A stretch of DNA of 64,000 nt, from NCBI GenBank assembly GCA_964513655.1, contig CAZENQ010000004.1, positions 3,759 through 67,758 on the forward strand, given 5' to 3'. A program made the translations under genes and the position numbers. Below, one piece after another: positions 55,101 to 63,072 of this stretch. The notes below the pieces were generated by a model. The model made no database searches. It was not told the origin of the DNA and saw nothing but the letters and a program-made list of their open reading frames with translations. The DNA comes from an uncultured Pirellulales bacterium. Lineage in GTDB: Bacteria > Planctomycetota > Phycisphaerae > Sedimentisphaerales > Anaerobacaceae. Position 1 is the first letter of the stretch; each line of letters begins with the position of its first letter.

Positions 55101-57894
55101 GACAATAGTAAGTTGGGTTTGGTCCGATGACCTTGGGGATACAATTCCTAACGGTGAGAATGTTACAGCTACGCTAAGGATTGGCACACATACCATTACA
55201 CTTACAGTCACCGACGATGGGGGCTTATCATCGAATCCCCCCGACACGGTGACCATCACAGTAAAAAAAGAAAACAGCCCCCCCACGCTAGAGGCAATAA
55301 GCCACAAGGTGGTAAACGAAAATAGTCTACTTAGCTTTTCGATAAGCGCTACTGATCCTGATGGTGATGTAATCACATACTCATGTCCAAATCTGCCTGC
55401 TGGTGCAGCATTCAGTATTGACACTTTTACCTGGACACCAACCTCTGGTCAGGCTGGCAGCTACGATGTGACCTTCATAGCATCCGATGGGCAGCTTGAG
55501 GATTCAGAAACCATAACAATTACAGTAAACGAACCTAACCTTTCGCTTTCAGACAATTTCGATGATAGAGACTATGCCGGCTGGTCGGTTGTAGATGAAG
55601 GCAGTTACGACGGACCTTCTTCCTGGTCGGCCTCTACAGGCGCCATGCTCCAAACCTCCAATATCTTTGAAAAACCCACGCTTGTTTCTGATATTACCAA
55701 GCTCGGCACATATGCGTTATATGCGGCAGGCAGAAACTGGACCGATTATACAGTTAGCTTAACCATTCGCTCTGAAGATGATGATGCTATTGGATTGATG
55801 TTCCGCTATCAGGACAATGACAACTATTATCGCTTTTCCTGGGACAAGCAGCGCAGCTATCGCCGCCTTGTCAAAAAACAAAACGGTGTATTTACTCTGC
55901 TTGCCGAAGACTCAGTTCCTTACGTCACCGGACAGAGCTATCAGCTCGAGATTGTTGCTCAGGGCACGACACTGCAGGTGTCTATTGATAGCACACTTAT
56001 TTTCTCGGTCACCGATAACAGCCTGGCATCAGGCAGTATAGCCCTGTACAGCTGGGGTAACCAAGGAGCCTACTTCGATAATGTCGTCGCTGAAGGAGAC
56101 TCGGCTCCGACTCCGACACCAACACCGACTCAAACAACAGGCCTTATGGATAACTTCAATGATGGTGATTTTACCGGCTGGTCGGTTGTAGATGAAGGCA
56201 GTTACGACGGACCTTCTTCCTGGTCGGCCTCTACAGGCGCCATGCTCCAAACCTCCAATATCTTTGAAAAACCCACGCTTGTTTCTGATATTACCAAGCT
56301 CGGCACATATGCGTTATATGCGGCAGGCAGAAACTGGACCGATTATACAGTTAGCTTAACCATTCGCTCTGAAGATGATGATGCTATTGGATTGATGTTC
56401 CGCTATCAGGACAATGACAACTATTATCGCTTTTCCTGGGACAAGCAGCGCAGCTATCGCCGCCTTGTCAAAAAACAAAACGGTGTATTTACTCTGCTTG
56501 CCGAAGACTCAGTTCCTTACGTCACCGGACAGAGCTATCAGCTCGAGATTGTTGCTCAGGGCACGACACTGCAGGTGTCTATTGATAGCACACTTATTTT
56601 CTCGGTCACCGATAACAGCCTGGTATCAGGCAGTATAGCCCTGTACAGCTGGGGTAATCAAGGAGCCTACTTCGATAATGTCGTCGTAGAGGGAGACTCG
56701 GCTCCGACTCCGACACCAACACCGACTCAAACAACGGGCCTTATGGATAACTTCAATGATGGAGACTATGCCGGCTGGTCGGTTGTAGATGAAGGCAGTT
56801 ACGACGGACCTTCTTCCTGGTCGGCCTCTACAGGCGCCATGCTCCAAACCTCCAATATCTTTGAAAAACCCACGCTTGTTTCTGATATTACCAAGCTCGG
56901 CACATATGCGTTATATGCGGCAGGCAGAAACTGGACCGATTATACAGTTAGCTTAACCATTCGCTCTGAAGATGATGATGCTATTGGATTGATGTTCCGC
57001 TATCAGGACAATGACAACTATTATCGCTTTTCCTGGGACAAGCAGCGCAGCTATCGCCGCCTTGTCAAAAAACAAAACGGTGTATTTACTCTGCTTGCCG
57101 AAGACTCAGTTCCTTACGTCACCGGACAGAGCTATCAGCTCGAGATTGTTGCTCAGGGCACGACACTGCAGGTGTCTATTGATAGCACACTTATTTTCTC
57201 GGTCACCGATAACAGCCTGGCATCAGGCAGTATAGCCCTGTACAGCTGGGGTAACCAAGGAGCCTACTTCGATAATGTCGTCGCTGAAGGAGACTCGGCT
57301 CCGACTCCGACACCAACACCGACTCAAACAACAGGCCTTATGGATAACTTCAATGATGGTGATTTTACCGGCTGGTCGGTTGTAGATGAAGGCAGTTACG
57401 ACGGACCTTCTTCCTGGTCGGCCTCTACAGGCGCCATGCTCCAAACCTCCAATATCTTTGAAAAACCCACGCTTGTTTCTGATATTACCAAGCTCGGCAC
57501 ATATGCGTTATATGCGGCAGGCAGAAACTGGACCGATTATACAGTTAGCTTAACCATTCGCTCTGAAGATGATGATGCTATTGGATTGATGTTCCGCTAT
57601 CAGGACAATGACAACTATTATCGCTTTTCCTGGGACAAGCAGCGCAGCTATCGCCGCCTTGTCAAAAAACAAAACGGTGTATTTACTCTGCTTGCCGAAG
57701 ACTCAGTTCCTTACGTCACCGGACAGAGCTATCAGCTCGAGATTGTTGCTCAGGGCACGACACTGCAGGTGTCTATTGATAGCACACTTATTTTCTCGGT
57801 CACCGATAACAGCCTGGTATCAGGCAGTATAGCCCTGTACAGCTGGGGTAATCAAGGAGCCTACTTCGATAATGTCGTCGTAGAGGGTCTCTGA
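52189..57894 (+). CDS. giant secreted multidomain protein: beta-helix + FN3 + Ig-like + LamG + Ig-like/PKD/cadherin-like + 4 tandem ConA-like jelly-roll modules
   Basis: The ORF track starts at GTG 52189. GTG 52243 (AAGGAAG RBS, MCRLKLFILFLLFAVSAVLPNASLA) is a plausible alternative. Beta-helix cap ATYYVDADSGNDNNLGSSAQPWKTIQRAL. FN3: PSVPQNLSATAVGESQIDLSWDAS...YSYKVSAVN. LamG: LAGHWKFDDGSGGTAVDSSGKGN...IDEVRVYDRALTVDEL. PKD: VADAGPDQTV...LDGSASTDPDGTIVSWVW. Four 199-aa modules follow. Confidence 0.85.
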   Translation: MFIKKITNVRYISQGSDNVCRLKLFILFLLFAVSAVLPNASLAATYYVDADSGNDNNLGSSAQPWKTIQRALPNYNGNPQVTAGDTVKIAARSGGGDYGHITYTENGDTGRSNWIMYEAQDPANKPVIKTLSILATTNAYMKWKNIRFENTDSAYTINLQGSYGAGLLPVNATTHVQILNCYIDHTDQGGDAAFIIRWASDIVVDNCEGQGGDPQFQIDLHADGITVSNSNCHHSFGDIFDIATSNDITLENNEIHHVDPNQIKPGGHWDAISIADSTDVIVRANVLHDIGYSQTLYTINDYGTDCQNITFENNLVYTEAAAALVKFYDTNGLVFRNNTIIALNGTGTGAFDSTCSNVTMYNNIIIGPTFTVSANNVDRDYNIIENFSGTMGAHGYELSANGKDISDVEFVDYINDNYQLTENSIARDFGDPTHATTTDIIGNLRDAKPDTGCYEYIPPGPPDTTPPSVPQNLSATAVGESQIDLSWDASNDPESGINHYNIYRDGNNIGQATTTSYSDTGLESVTTYSYKVSAVNGQGLESGRSNTAQATTFSDTTAPSIVSVNAYVTLVEITFSESLDTISAEQINNYSINNGIYITAASLDTDTVTLTTSAHTEGSYTLTVTNVLDTSGNAITQTTEDYIYEEGLAGHWKFDDGSGGTAVDSSGKGNTATLINGAEWTDKGEVTFDGVDDAVEIPTANWSANAGTIALWARAEDFSGTRYLFGHTIGSWSNRIQLYVNEGNLGLGLGDSHTKHANIQTLNVNTWYHITLTWDGTNYVVYINGVARANGPYTGLTALSTLADIGNNGNTSYRDEAFNGIIDEVRVYDRALTVDELSDIALVFLPIGNKSINEGSTLTFEVRTRDPNVTVDINDHNLPSEPNFFFNGGSWNFNWAAEDGDDGTYEANFVAPHGQFVDHETITITVNDVNDVNPNSPPVADAGPDQTVTDTDGDRSEQVTLDGSASTDPDGTIVSWVWSDDLGDTIPNGENVTATLRIGTHTITLTVTDDGGLSSNPPDTVTITVKKENSPPTLEAISHKVVNENSLLSFSISATDPDGDVITYSCPNLPAGAAFSIDTFTWTPTSGQAGSYDVTFIASDGQLEDSETITITVNEPNLSLSDNFDDRDYAGWSVVDEGSYDGPSSWSASTGAMLQTSNIFEKPTLVSDITKLGTYALYAAGRNWTDYTVSLTIRSEDDDAIGLMFRYQDNDNYYRFSWDKQRSYRRLVKKQNGVFTLLAEDSVPYVTGQSYQLEIVAQGTTLQVSIDSTLIFSVTDNSLASGSIALYSWGNQGAYFDNVVAEGDSAPTPTPTPTQTTGLMDNFNDGDFTGWSVVDEGSYDGPSSWSASTGAMLQTSNIFEKPTLVSDITKLGTYALYAAGRNWTDYTVSLTIRSEDDDAIGLMFRYQDNDNYYRFSWDKQRSYRRLVKKQNGVFTLLAEDSVPYVTGQSYQLEIVAQGTTLQVSIDSTLIFSVTDNSLVSGSIALYSWGNQGAYFDNVVVEGDSAPTPTPTPTQTTGLMDNFNDGDYAGWSVVDEGSYDGPSSWSASTGAMLQTSNIFEKPTLVSDITKLGTYALYAAGRNWTDYTVSLTIRSEDDDAIGLMFRYQDNDNYYRFSWDKQRSYRRLVKKQNGVFTLLAEDSVPYVTGQSYQLEIVAQGTTLQVSIDSTLIFSVTDNSLASGSIALYSWGNQGAYFDNVVAEGDSAPTPTPTPTQTTGLMDNFNDGDFTGWSVVDEGSYDGPSSWSASTGAMLQTSNIFEKPTLVSDITKLGTYALYAAGRNWTDYTVSLTIRSEDDDAIGLMFRYQDNDNYYRFSWDKQRSYRRLVKKQNGVFTLLAEDSVPYVTGQSYQLEIVAQGTTLQVSIDSTLIFSVTDNSLVSGSIALYSWGNQGAYFDNVVVEGL
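55552..57891 (+). repeat. 4 in-frame tandem copies of a 597-bp (199-aa) module, organised as a 1194-bp A-B-A-B higher-order repeat
   Basis: Copies start at 55552, 56149, 56746 and 57343. The off-frame ORFs 55817/56414/57011/57608 in the track are spaced exactly 597 nt apart. Their translations alternate (..AWHQAV / ..AWYQAV). The variants ggtaaccaagg (copies 1,3) and ggtaatcaagg (copies 2,4) also alternate. Confidence 0.95.
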
Positions 57895-58802
57895 ATAAAA
57901 CTACGAAGCATCATTTGATAGTACCAGCCGAGTTTGCAGGCAATCCCTTTTACCGCCAATTGTATGAGAAGAGCGGCGACGTAATGCGGTGCCCGCCTTC
58001 GCCAGAATGTTCTTACGCCGGCCTTTAGCATCTCGAGACCATAGCCTTTCAGACCAGCCTGTTGGAGGAGCCATCTGTTGTCTGCAAAGAACCTTCCAAT
58101 GTTGAAGTAGCGTTTGAATATTTCGGCTAAAGAGTAAGGGTGGCTATGGTAGACTTTTGCTGCTGCGGAATAATAAACCGAATAGCCCTGTAGAATAGCT
58201 TTGGCAGCGAAAAGCATATCTTCATTTACAATAACGTCATTTTTGAATCCACCCAATTCGTTAAAGGTTGAACGTCTGACCGCAGAGCAGGAATTGGAGC
58301 AGAAAAAGGTTTTTAGGCCAAGGGTGGCTATGTGGTTTTTAGTTTTTAGAATGGACTGAGGCGGGTAGTTGAACTCACGTGCGAAGCATTCCAGCGGGTG
58401 TGCGTCTGGCCTGGGCAAGTGGCGGCCATAGCATATAGCAATATTTGGGTCCGCTTGCATAGGCTTTACTAGCTCGGCAATCATATGCTCATCGGCAGGT
58501 ACTGCATCCTGAGTGAGGAATACAACAAATTCGGTGTTGGCATTAGTCACGGCGAGATTTCTTGCCACACCATGGTTGAAATCGGCGCGCTTGATGGCTA
58601 TTACCTCGCAGCTGTGGCTTCTGGCTAATTCGGCAGTTTCATCTGTAGACTCAGAGTCGATGACAAGAGTCTGAACAGGTCTTAAGGTCTGATTTTGCAG
58701 GCTCTCCAAAAGTCCGTTGAACTGCCGGCCTGCGTTGTGCGCAGGGACTATGACGCTCACAGAGTTCTCATGACCGGCTGGTTCAGTCACTGGGTACCTC
58801 AC
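57861..58802 (-). CDS. glycosyltransferase family 2 (rhamnosyltransferase-like)
   Basis: VSVIVPAHNAGRQFNGLLESLQNQT...LVIDSESTDET...FNHGVARN...VVFLTQDAVP. Its last 11 codons overlap the 3-prime end of 52189..57894. Confidence 0.85.
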   Translation of the reverse strand: MRYPVTEPAGHENSVSVIVPAHNAGRQFNGLLESLQNQTLRPVQTLVIDSESTDETAELARSHSCEVIAIKRADFNHGVARNLAVTNANTEFVVFLTQDAVPADEHMIAELVKPMQADPNIAICYGRHLPRPDAHPLECFAREFNYPPQSILKTKNHIATLGLKTFFCSNSCSAVRRSTFNELGGFKNDVIVNEDMLFAAKAILQGYSVYYSAAAKVYHSHPYSLAEIFKRYFNIGRFFADNRWLLQQAGLKGYGLEMLKAGVRTFWRRRAPHYVAALLIQLAVKGIACKLGWYYQMMLRSFIQRPSTTTLSK

Positions 58803-59009
58803 TAATGTTGGCCAACCATGGTCTTTGGCCTAAGACTCGGAAAATCACAAAGCTGTAGGCTAGCTGTATGGTCTAGGTTAGACAAAACCTCTTACCAGTG
58901 TTTTAGAAATACAAAGACGCAACTCCAGTAAATTCGATAACGGTCACTATCTAAACGGTCTTTATCAACCACTTCAAGTAGAAAAGCCTATAGTATTTAA
59001 GTTTGAATC

Positions 59010-59121
59010 GGCACGGGACATTCTAATACTCCCGCCCCTTAAGCCTAAGCGAGGTTTACTCCACATAACACAAAGAGCTAAACCGACGACTATACTTGCT
59101 GCGCATACGACAATTATCTTT
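59010..59121 (-). pseudogene. relic of the 5-prime end of a paralog of the 59122..60933 gene
   Basis: Read on the minus strand from 59124: tgaaaagataattgtcgtatgcgcagcaagtatagtcgtcggttt. The intact gene head at 60933 reads gtgaaaaagataattgatgtactgagcgtaagtgtagtcgccggctt. One frame gives IIVVCAASIVVGLAL..LRGGS versus KIIDVLSVSVVAGLL..LRLGGLS. Confidence 0.35.
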
Positions 59122-60933
59122 TCATCTTACATACCCTAACCCTCTTAATTGCCTGTTTAATTCCTCTTTGTTCTCCAAGCTTTCCTTTGAAGGCGTTCCT
59201 ACGTTTACTTTATTTTCACGCAACCAGGATGCCAACTTTTGTTTTAATTCAAGTTTCTTACCTTCGTATGCCGAATCCGCCAGCAGATTGTTTTTCTCCG
59301 CGGCATCCTCTCGCAGACAGTAGAATTCTTCGTTTCCGGTCTCAGGGTTGCAGATGTATTTGTAATCTCCGGAGATGATTGCAAAATCATTTAGCTTCGC
59401 CTTCTTTTTACGCCCGCTCGGGTGTGTCCTGCTTATAATATCTGCATCATTCAATTCTGTCTCTTTGTTCGAAACCAGCCTACAGACAATATTAAAGACC
59501 TCCTGAGTTCCAATATTTCCCCTTATTCTCACCGGCACTTGCCCGGGTATCTTGACCATCAAAGGAACTCGTATCACCTCATTATAAACGCTCGTCCCGT
59601 GATCGACTCTTTCTCTTTCCTTGAACTCCTCCCCGTGGTCCGCCGTTATTATTATGACCGAATCTTCCCACAACTTTAACTCCTTAATCTTATCAAGCAG
59701 CCTCCCGATCTGCCCGTCGGTATAAAATATCTCCGAATCATACAGGCACATCAAACATTCAATCTCTTCCTCCGTTAGACTTTCTTCAATCTCCCATACT
59801 TCCAGGATGTCCATAGGATTGTAAATTCTGCCGCAGTCCTTTTCTGTAAATCCAAATAACCCTTCATACTCCGGCAGCGGATTGTAGTTATGATGAGGGT
59901 CAAAGTAATGAACCCATAGAAAAAAACTGTTCTTATGATTCTTCGAAAGCCACTTTATCGCATTTCTTGTAAGTACATGCGAAGTTACGCCTTTACGACC
60001 TTTGCCAAAATTTCGGAAAGTATTAAAGCCCCTTCGTATTACATACCATTCGTTAGCTCCCCTAGTTTTGCTTCCAAGCACCTTATGGTCGGTGAATCCC
60101 GCAGTATAATAACCCAATTTAGCCAATATTTCAGCCAGGTACGTCGTGTTACAATAATAGGAAGTAATATCATCCCCGCGTTCATTTGAAATCAAGCACC
60201 CCGTCATCATCGAGTTTAACGCCGGAGCCGTAATTGGCCATGGACTGTACGCATTTTCAAAAAACAGACTCTCCTTTGCAAACTCGTCGATGTTGGGACT
60301 GGTGTTACGCTCGTATCCGTAGCAGCCCAAATGGTCCGCCCTCAACGTATCGATGCTTATCAAAATAACATTGGGCCGTCCGTGCGCATAAAGCTTAATC
60401 CCAAGTCTAACCCCTAAATTCAAGCCCAACAGACATAAAAGCAATATCAAAGCCGTTTTCCTGATACGACCTCTTCGTTTAAAACTGTACAGCTCTCCCC
60501 ATCTTATTCTCGTCAGGAAAAACCACAACCCCACGGTAAACAGCAAAATTACCACATCAGCAAACAAACTCACAGGCTTGAACTTGTGGGGCAGCCAGTA
60601 GTGGTTGACTGTCCAGCCGACCCAAACAAAAAAGGCACAACAAACCACAAACGCCGCCAGCTTTTTCCTGTCCTTTACCTGGACTTCTATCACCTTGGAG
60701 AAAAACAATTTCCATATGAACTTCGCCACAGGCACAAAGACAAACACCCCGACCGAAACACCCACAACCAAAACCATCCATTTGTTCAGATGTTCCTGAA
60801 GGCTCAGGCCCCCCAGTCTGAGTATGTCATACTTGATATAATTCCCGGTAACTATCTCATACACGGAGAACGAAAGCCCGACAAGCAAGCCGGCGACTAC
60901 ACTTACGCTCAGTACATCAATTATCTTTTTCAC
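59122..60933 (-). CDS. membrane-anchored sulfatase-family (alkaline phosphatase superfamily) enzyme, Thr-nucleophile type (LtaS/EptA-like architecture)
   Basis: GTG start. About 5 N-terminal TM helices, then ILISIDTLRADHLGCYGYERNTSPNIDEF...YSPWPITAPALNSMMTG and ITADHGEEF. The position of the sulfatase C/S-x-P-x-R motif reads T-A-P-A-L. Confidence 0.8.
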   Translation of the reverse strand: MKKIIDVLSVSVVAGLLVGLSFSVYEIVTGNYIKYDILRLGGLSLQEHLNKWMVLVVGVSVGVFVFVPVAKFIWKLFFSKVIEVQVKDRKKLAAFVVCCAFFVWVGWTVNHYWLPHKFKPVSLFADVVILLFTVGLWFFLTRIRWGELYSFKRRGRIRKTALILLLCLLGLNLGVRLGIKLYAHGRPNVILISIDTLRADHLGCYGYERNTSPNIDEFAKESLFFENAYSPWPITAPALNSMMTGCLISNERGDDITSYYCNTTYLAEILAKLGYYTAGFTDHKVLGSKTRGANEWYVIRRGFNTFRNFGKGRKGVTSHVLTRNAIKWLSKNHKNSFFLWVHYFDPHHNYNPLPEYEGLFGFTEKDCGRIYNPMDILEVWEIEESLTEEEIECLMCLYDSEIFYTDGQIGRLLDKIKELKLWEDSVIIITADHGEEFKERERVDHGTSVYNEVIRVPLMVKIPGQVPVRIRGNIGTQEVFNIVCRLVSNKETELNDADIISRTHPSGRKKKAKLNDFAIISGDYKYICNPETGNEEFYCLREDAAEKNNLLADSAYEGKKLELKQKLASWLRENKVNVGTPSKESLENKEELNRQLRGLGYVR

Positions 60934-61001
60934 CTTACATACCCTAAACTTCTCAATCGCCTGTCTGATTCCTCTTCGCCCCTCAAGACTTCTTCTGAAC
61001 G
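60930..61001 (-). pseudogene. relic of the 3-prime end of a paralog of the 59122..60933 gene
   Basis: By hand alignment, 60930-61001 is about 75 percent identical to 59122-59193. It encodes ...EESDRRLRSLGYVR-stop versus ...EELNRQLRGLGYVR-stop of the intact gene. Its TGA overlaps the GTG start of the intact gene. Confidence 0.4.
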
Positions 61002-61097
61002 ACCCTCTGAAGACTTTCTTTCAATATCTCGGACCGGTTCAAGCTCTTATGAAAAACTTGTTTACCGCTCATATGCATTATCATTCTTGGATGTTCT

Positions 61098-63017
61098 TCA
61101 GGTATTGGCACAATTTGAAACATGATACAATTCTGGAATCTGGTCTTCAACAGGAAACCGCCTAAAGCCGGAAAATTGCTCGTTATCAAGCGCAAGATTC
61201 GGGTTGTAAAAAGGGTCGTTGCCAAGCATTTCCGAGTGGTCGTCTATCAGCCTTTTTTGGTAACGCAACTCGTCCGCCGTTATGGGGCGCGTCTTTGCTT
61301 CATAGTGAATGGCCCGAACCATCGGATTGTAAAGGCAGCGGAACCCTTCTTTGCGCAGACGGATACAGAGGTCTACATCATTGTATGAAGTTGGATATCT
61401 TTCAGAGTTAAACCCTCCTACAAGTTCAAAGGCCGCTCGTCTGATGAGCGCTAATGCTGCTGTTATTCCCGACATCTCCTGAAGAGCATAGAGACGTCCG
61501 AAATATCCGGTTGAATTCGAATCCATACGTTTGTGTGCATGCCCTGCAAGCCCTAATATTCCCAAAATCATGCCGCCGTGCTGAACTTTTCCGTCAGGAT
61601 ACAAAAGTAGCCCCCCGACAGTCCCAATAGAATCGTCAATCTGTGCGGTAGCTACTAATTGCTCTAACCATTTGTCCGAGACGATTTCAACATCATTGTT
61701 CATAAAAAGAACAAATTCTGAGTCGACTGAACTTACAGCCATGTTGTTAATCTCGGAGTGGTTGAATTGACTGTCATGTTGTATTACTTTCAGATGATTC
61801 TCCGAGCTTTCGGAAGCTAAATATTCTGTCACCTTCAAGTCATCGGATTGATTATCTACAATTATAATCTCATAACTTGGATAGTTTGTATGCGCTCGAA
61901 TCGAAGAGATGCACTTTTGCAGAAGAGCAAGGGCGTTTCTTGTAGGAATTATGATGCTCACCTTTGGAGAGCGAGAAGGTTGTAATGCTATCTGATAGAG
62001 CGTTGGGCAAAGCTCGTGAAGTGATACATCTGCTTTTAGATTTCTTCGCTTTAGCGCCTCTGCCACTGCCTTTTGTGCGCCGGTCGAAGCCTTTCCATTC
62101 ATGCCTACTGAACCTGCAACCACGCGGCAGTGATACAAGACCCGCGGAATATGCACGATTTGCTCTCTTGAAATGACCTCTGAAAGCCGCAGCGCCAAAT
62201 CGTGGTCGTGACCACCATCCAATTCCCGCAATCCACAAACCTTGGAGAGTGCATCAGCAGTGTAAAGACTAAAATGGCGCGTGTACATATTAGACAAAAG
62301 CAGCTCGGGCGAAAAATCCGGCTTGAAATAAGGACAGTGGCACCGTCCGTCGTATGATATCTTGTCCTCATCGGAGTAAAACCAACGGGCCTGAGGGTGC
62401 TTATTTATAGCCCATACAATCCAGGTCAAAGCATCGGGTGTAAGCTCGTCATCTTGGTCAAGGAACCCTATGAATTTACCTTTTGCCTGCCTTATTCCTA
62501 AGTTGATTGCCTCCGCTATTGCTGAATTTCGCTCTGGGTAAAATGCACGAATGCGGCTGTCTCGTGATGTCCAAGTATTGATAAACTTTTTTAGGCCGTT
62601 TTTTTGGGTCGCATCGTTCACCAATATGAGCTCCCAATTTGTGTAATATTGGCTGACCACCGAACTAATGCATTCTTCCAGCCATTCGCCACTTACCTCG
62701 TACACAGGTACTATTATGGACAAAACGGGCTTATCAGGACATTTGGTAAGGACATATTGACTCTGTGAGCGTGAGAGCTGGTTTCGAAAAGGCCGGTACG
62801 AAGGCTCTCGTTTAGGTGTACCGAACCTTGTGAGCAGACGATACCAACATAGCCTCAAACCACCAGACCTGTACGCATTCCGAACCTTTTCAAATTTAAT
62901 TCCCTGCGGCCTAAAAAAAAACCAAATGAAAGCACGAGTAAGAATCAACAAATACGGGGGTCTTTCCTCGATTTCGGGCGTTTCAAACTGATTTTGTTCC
63001 CTCTCTGTACTCACCAA
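61098..63017 (-). CDS. two-domain glycosyltransferase (tandem GT2 domains)
   Basis: Domain 1: LSIIVPVYEVSGEWLEECISSVVSQYYTNWELILVNDAT...FLDQDDEL. Domain 2: VSIIIPTRNALALLQKCISSIRAHTNYPSYEIIIVDNQSDD...LFMNNDVEI. Confidence 0.85.
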   Translation of the reverse strand: MVSTEREQNQFETPEIEERPPYLLILTRAFIWFFFRPQGIKFEKVRNAYRSGGLRLCWYRLLTRFGTPKREPSYRPFRNQLSRSQSQYVLTKCPDKPVLSIIVPVYEVSGEWLEECISSVVSQYYTNWELILVNDATQKNGLKKFINTWTSRDSRIRAFYPERNSAIAEAINLGIRQAKGKFIGFLDQDDELTPDALTWIVWAINKHPQARWFYSDEDKISYDGRCHCPYFKPDFSPELLLSNMYTRHFSLYTADALSKVCGLRELDGGHDHDLALRLSEVISREQIVHIPRVLYHCRVVAGSVGMNGKASTGAQKAVAEALKRRNLKADVSLHELCPTLYQIALQPSRSPKVSIIIPTRNALALLQKCISSIRAHTNYPSYEIIIVDNQSDDLKVTEYLASESSENHLKVIQHDSQFNHSEINNMAVSSVDSEFVLFMNNDVEIVSDKWLEQLVATAQIDDSIGTVGGLLLYPDGKVQHGGMILGILGLAGHAHKRMDSNSTGYFGRLYALQEMSGITAALALIRRAAFELVGGFNSERYPTSYNDVDLCIRLRKEGFRCLYNPMVRAIHYEAKTRPITADELRYQKRLIDDHSEMLGNDPFYNPNLALDNEQFSGFRRFPVEDQIPELYHVSNCANT

Positions 63018-63072
63018 CTGGAACCTTTTCCTTCAAAAAAGACAAGTGCCTCTTGAGCAACTCTAAAGTCCG

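Noticed and set aside
55817-57832. Eight 73-74-aa ORFs recurring every 597 nt on both strands.
   Set aside because: They are off-frame shadows of the four tandem modules inside 52189..57894. They are useful only as confirmation of the repeat period and the A/B alternation.
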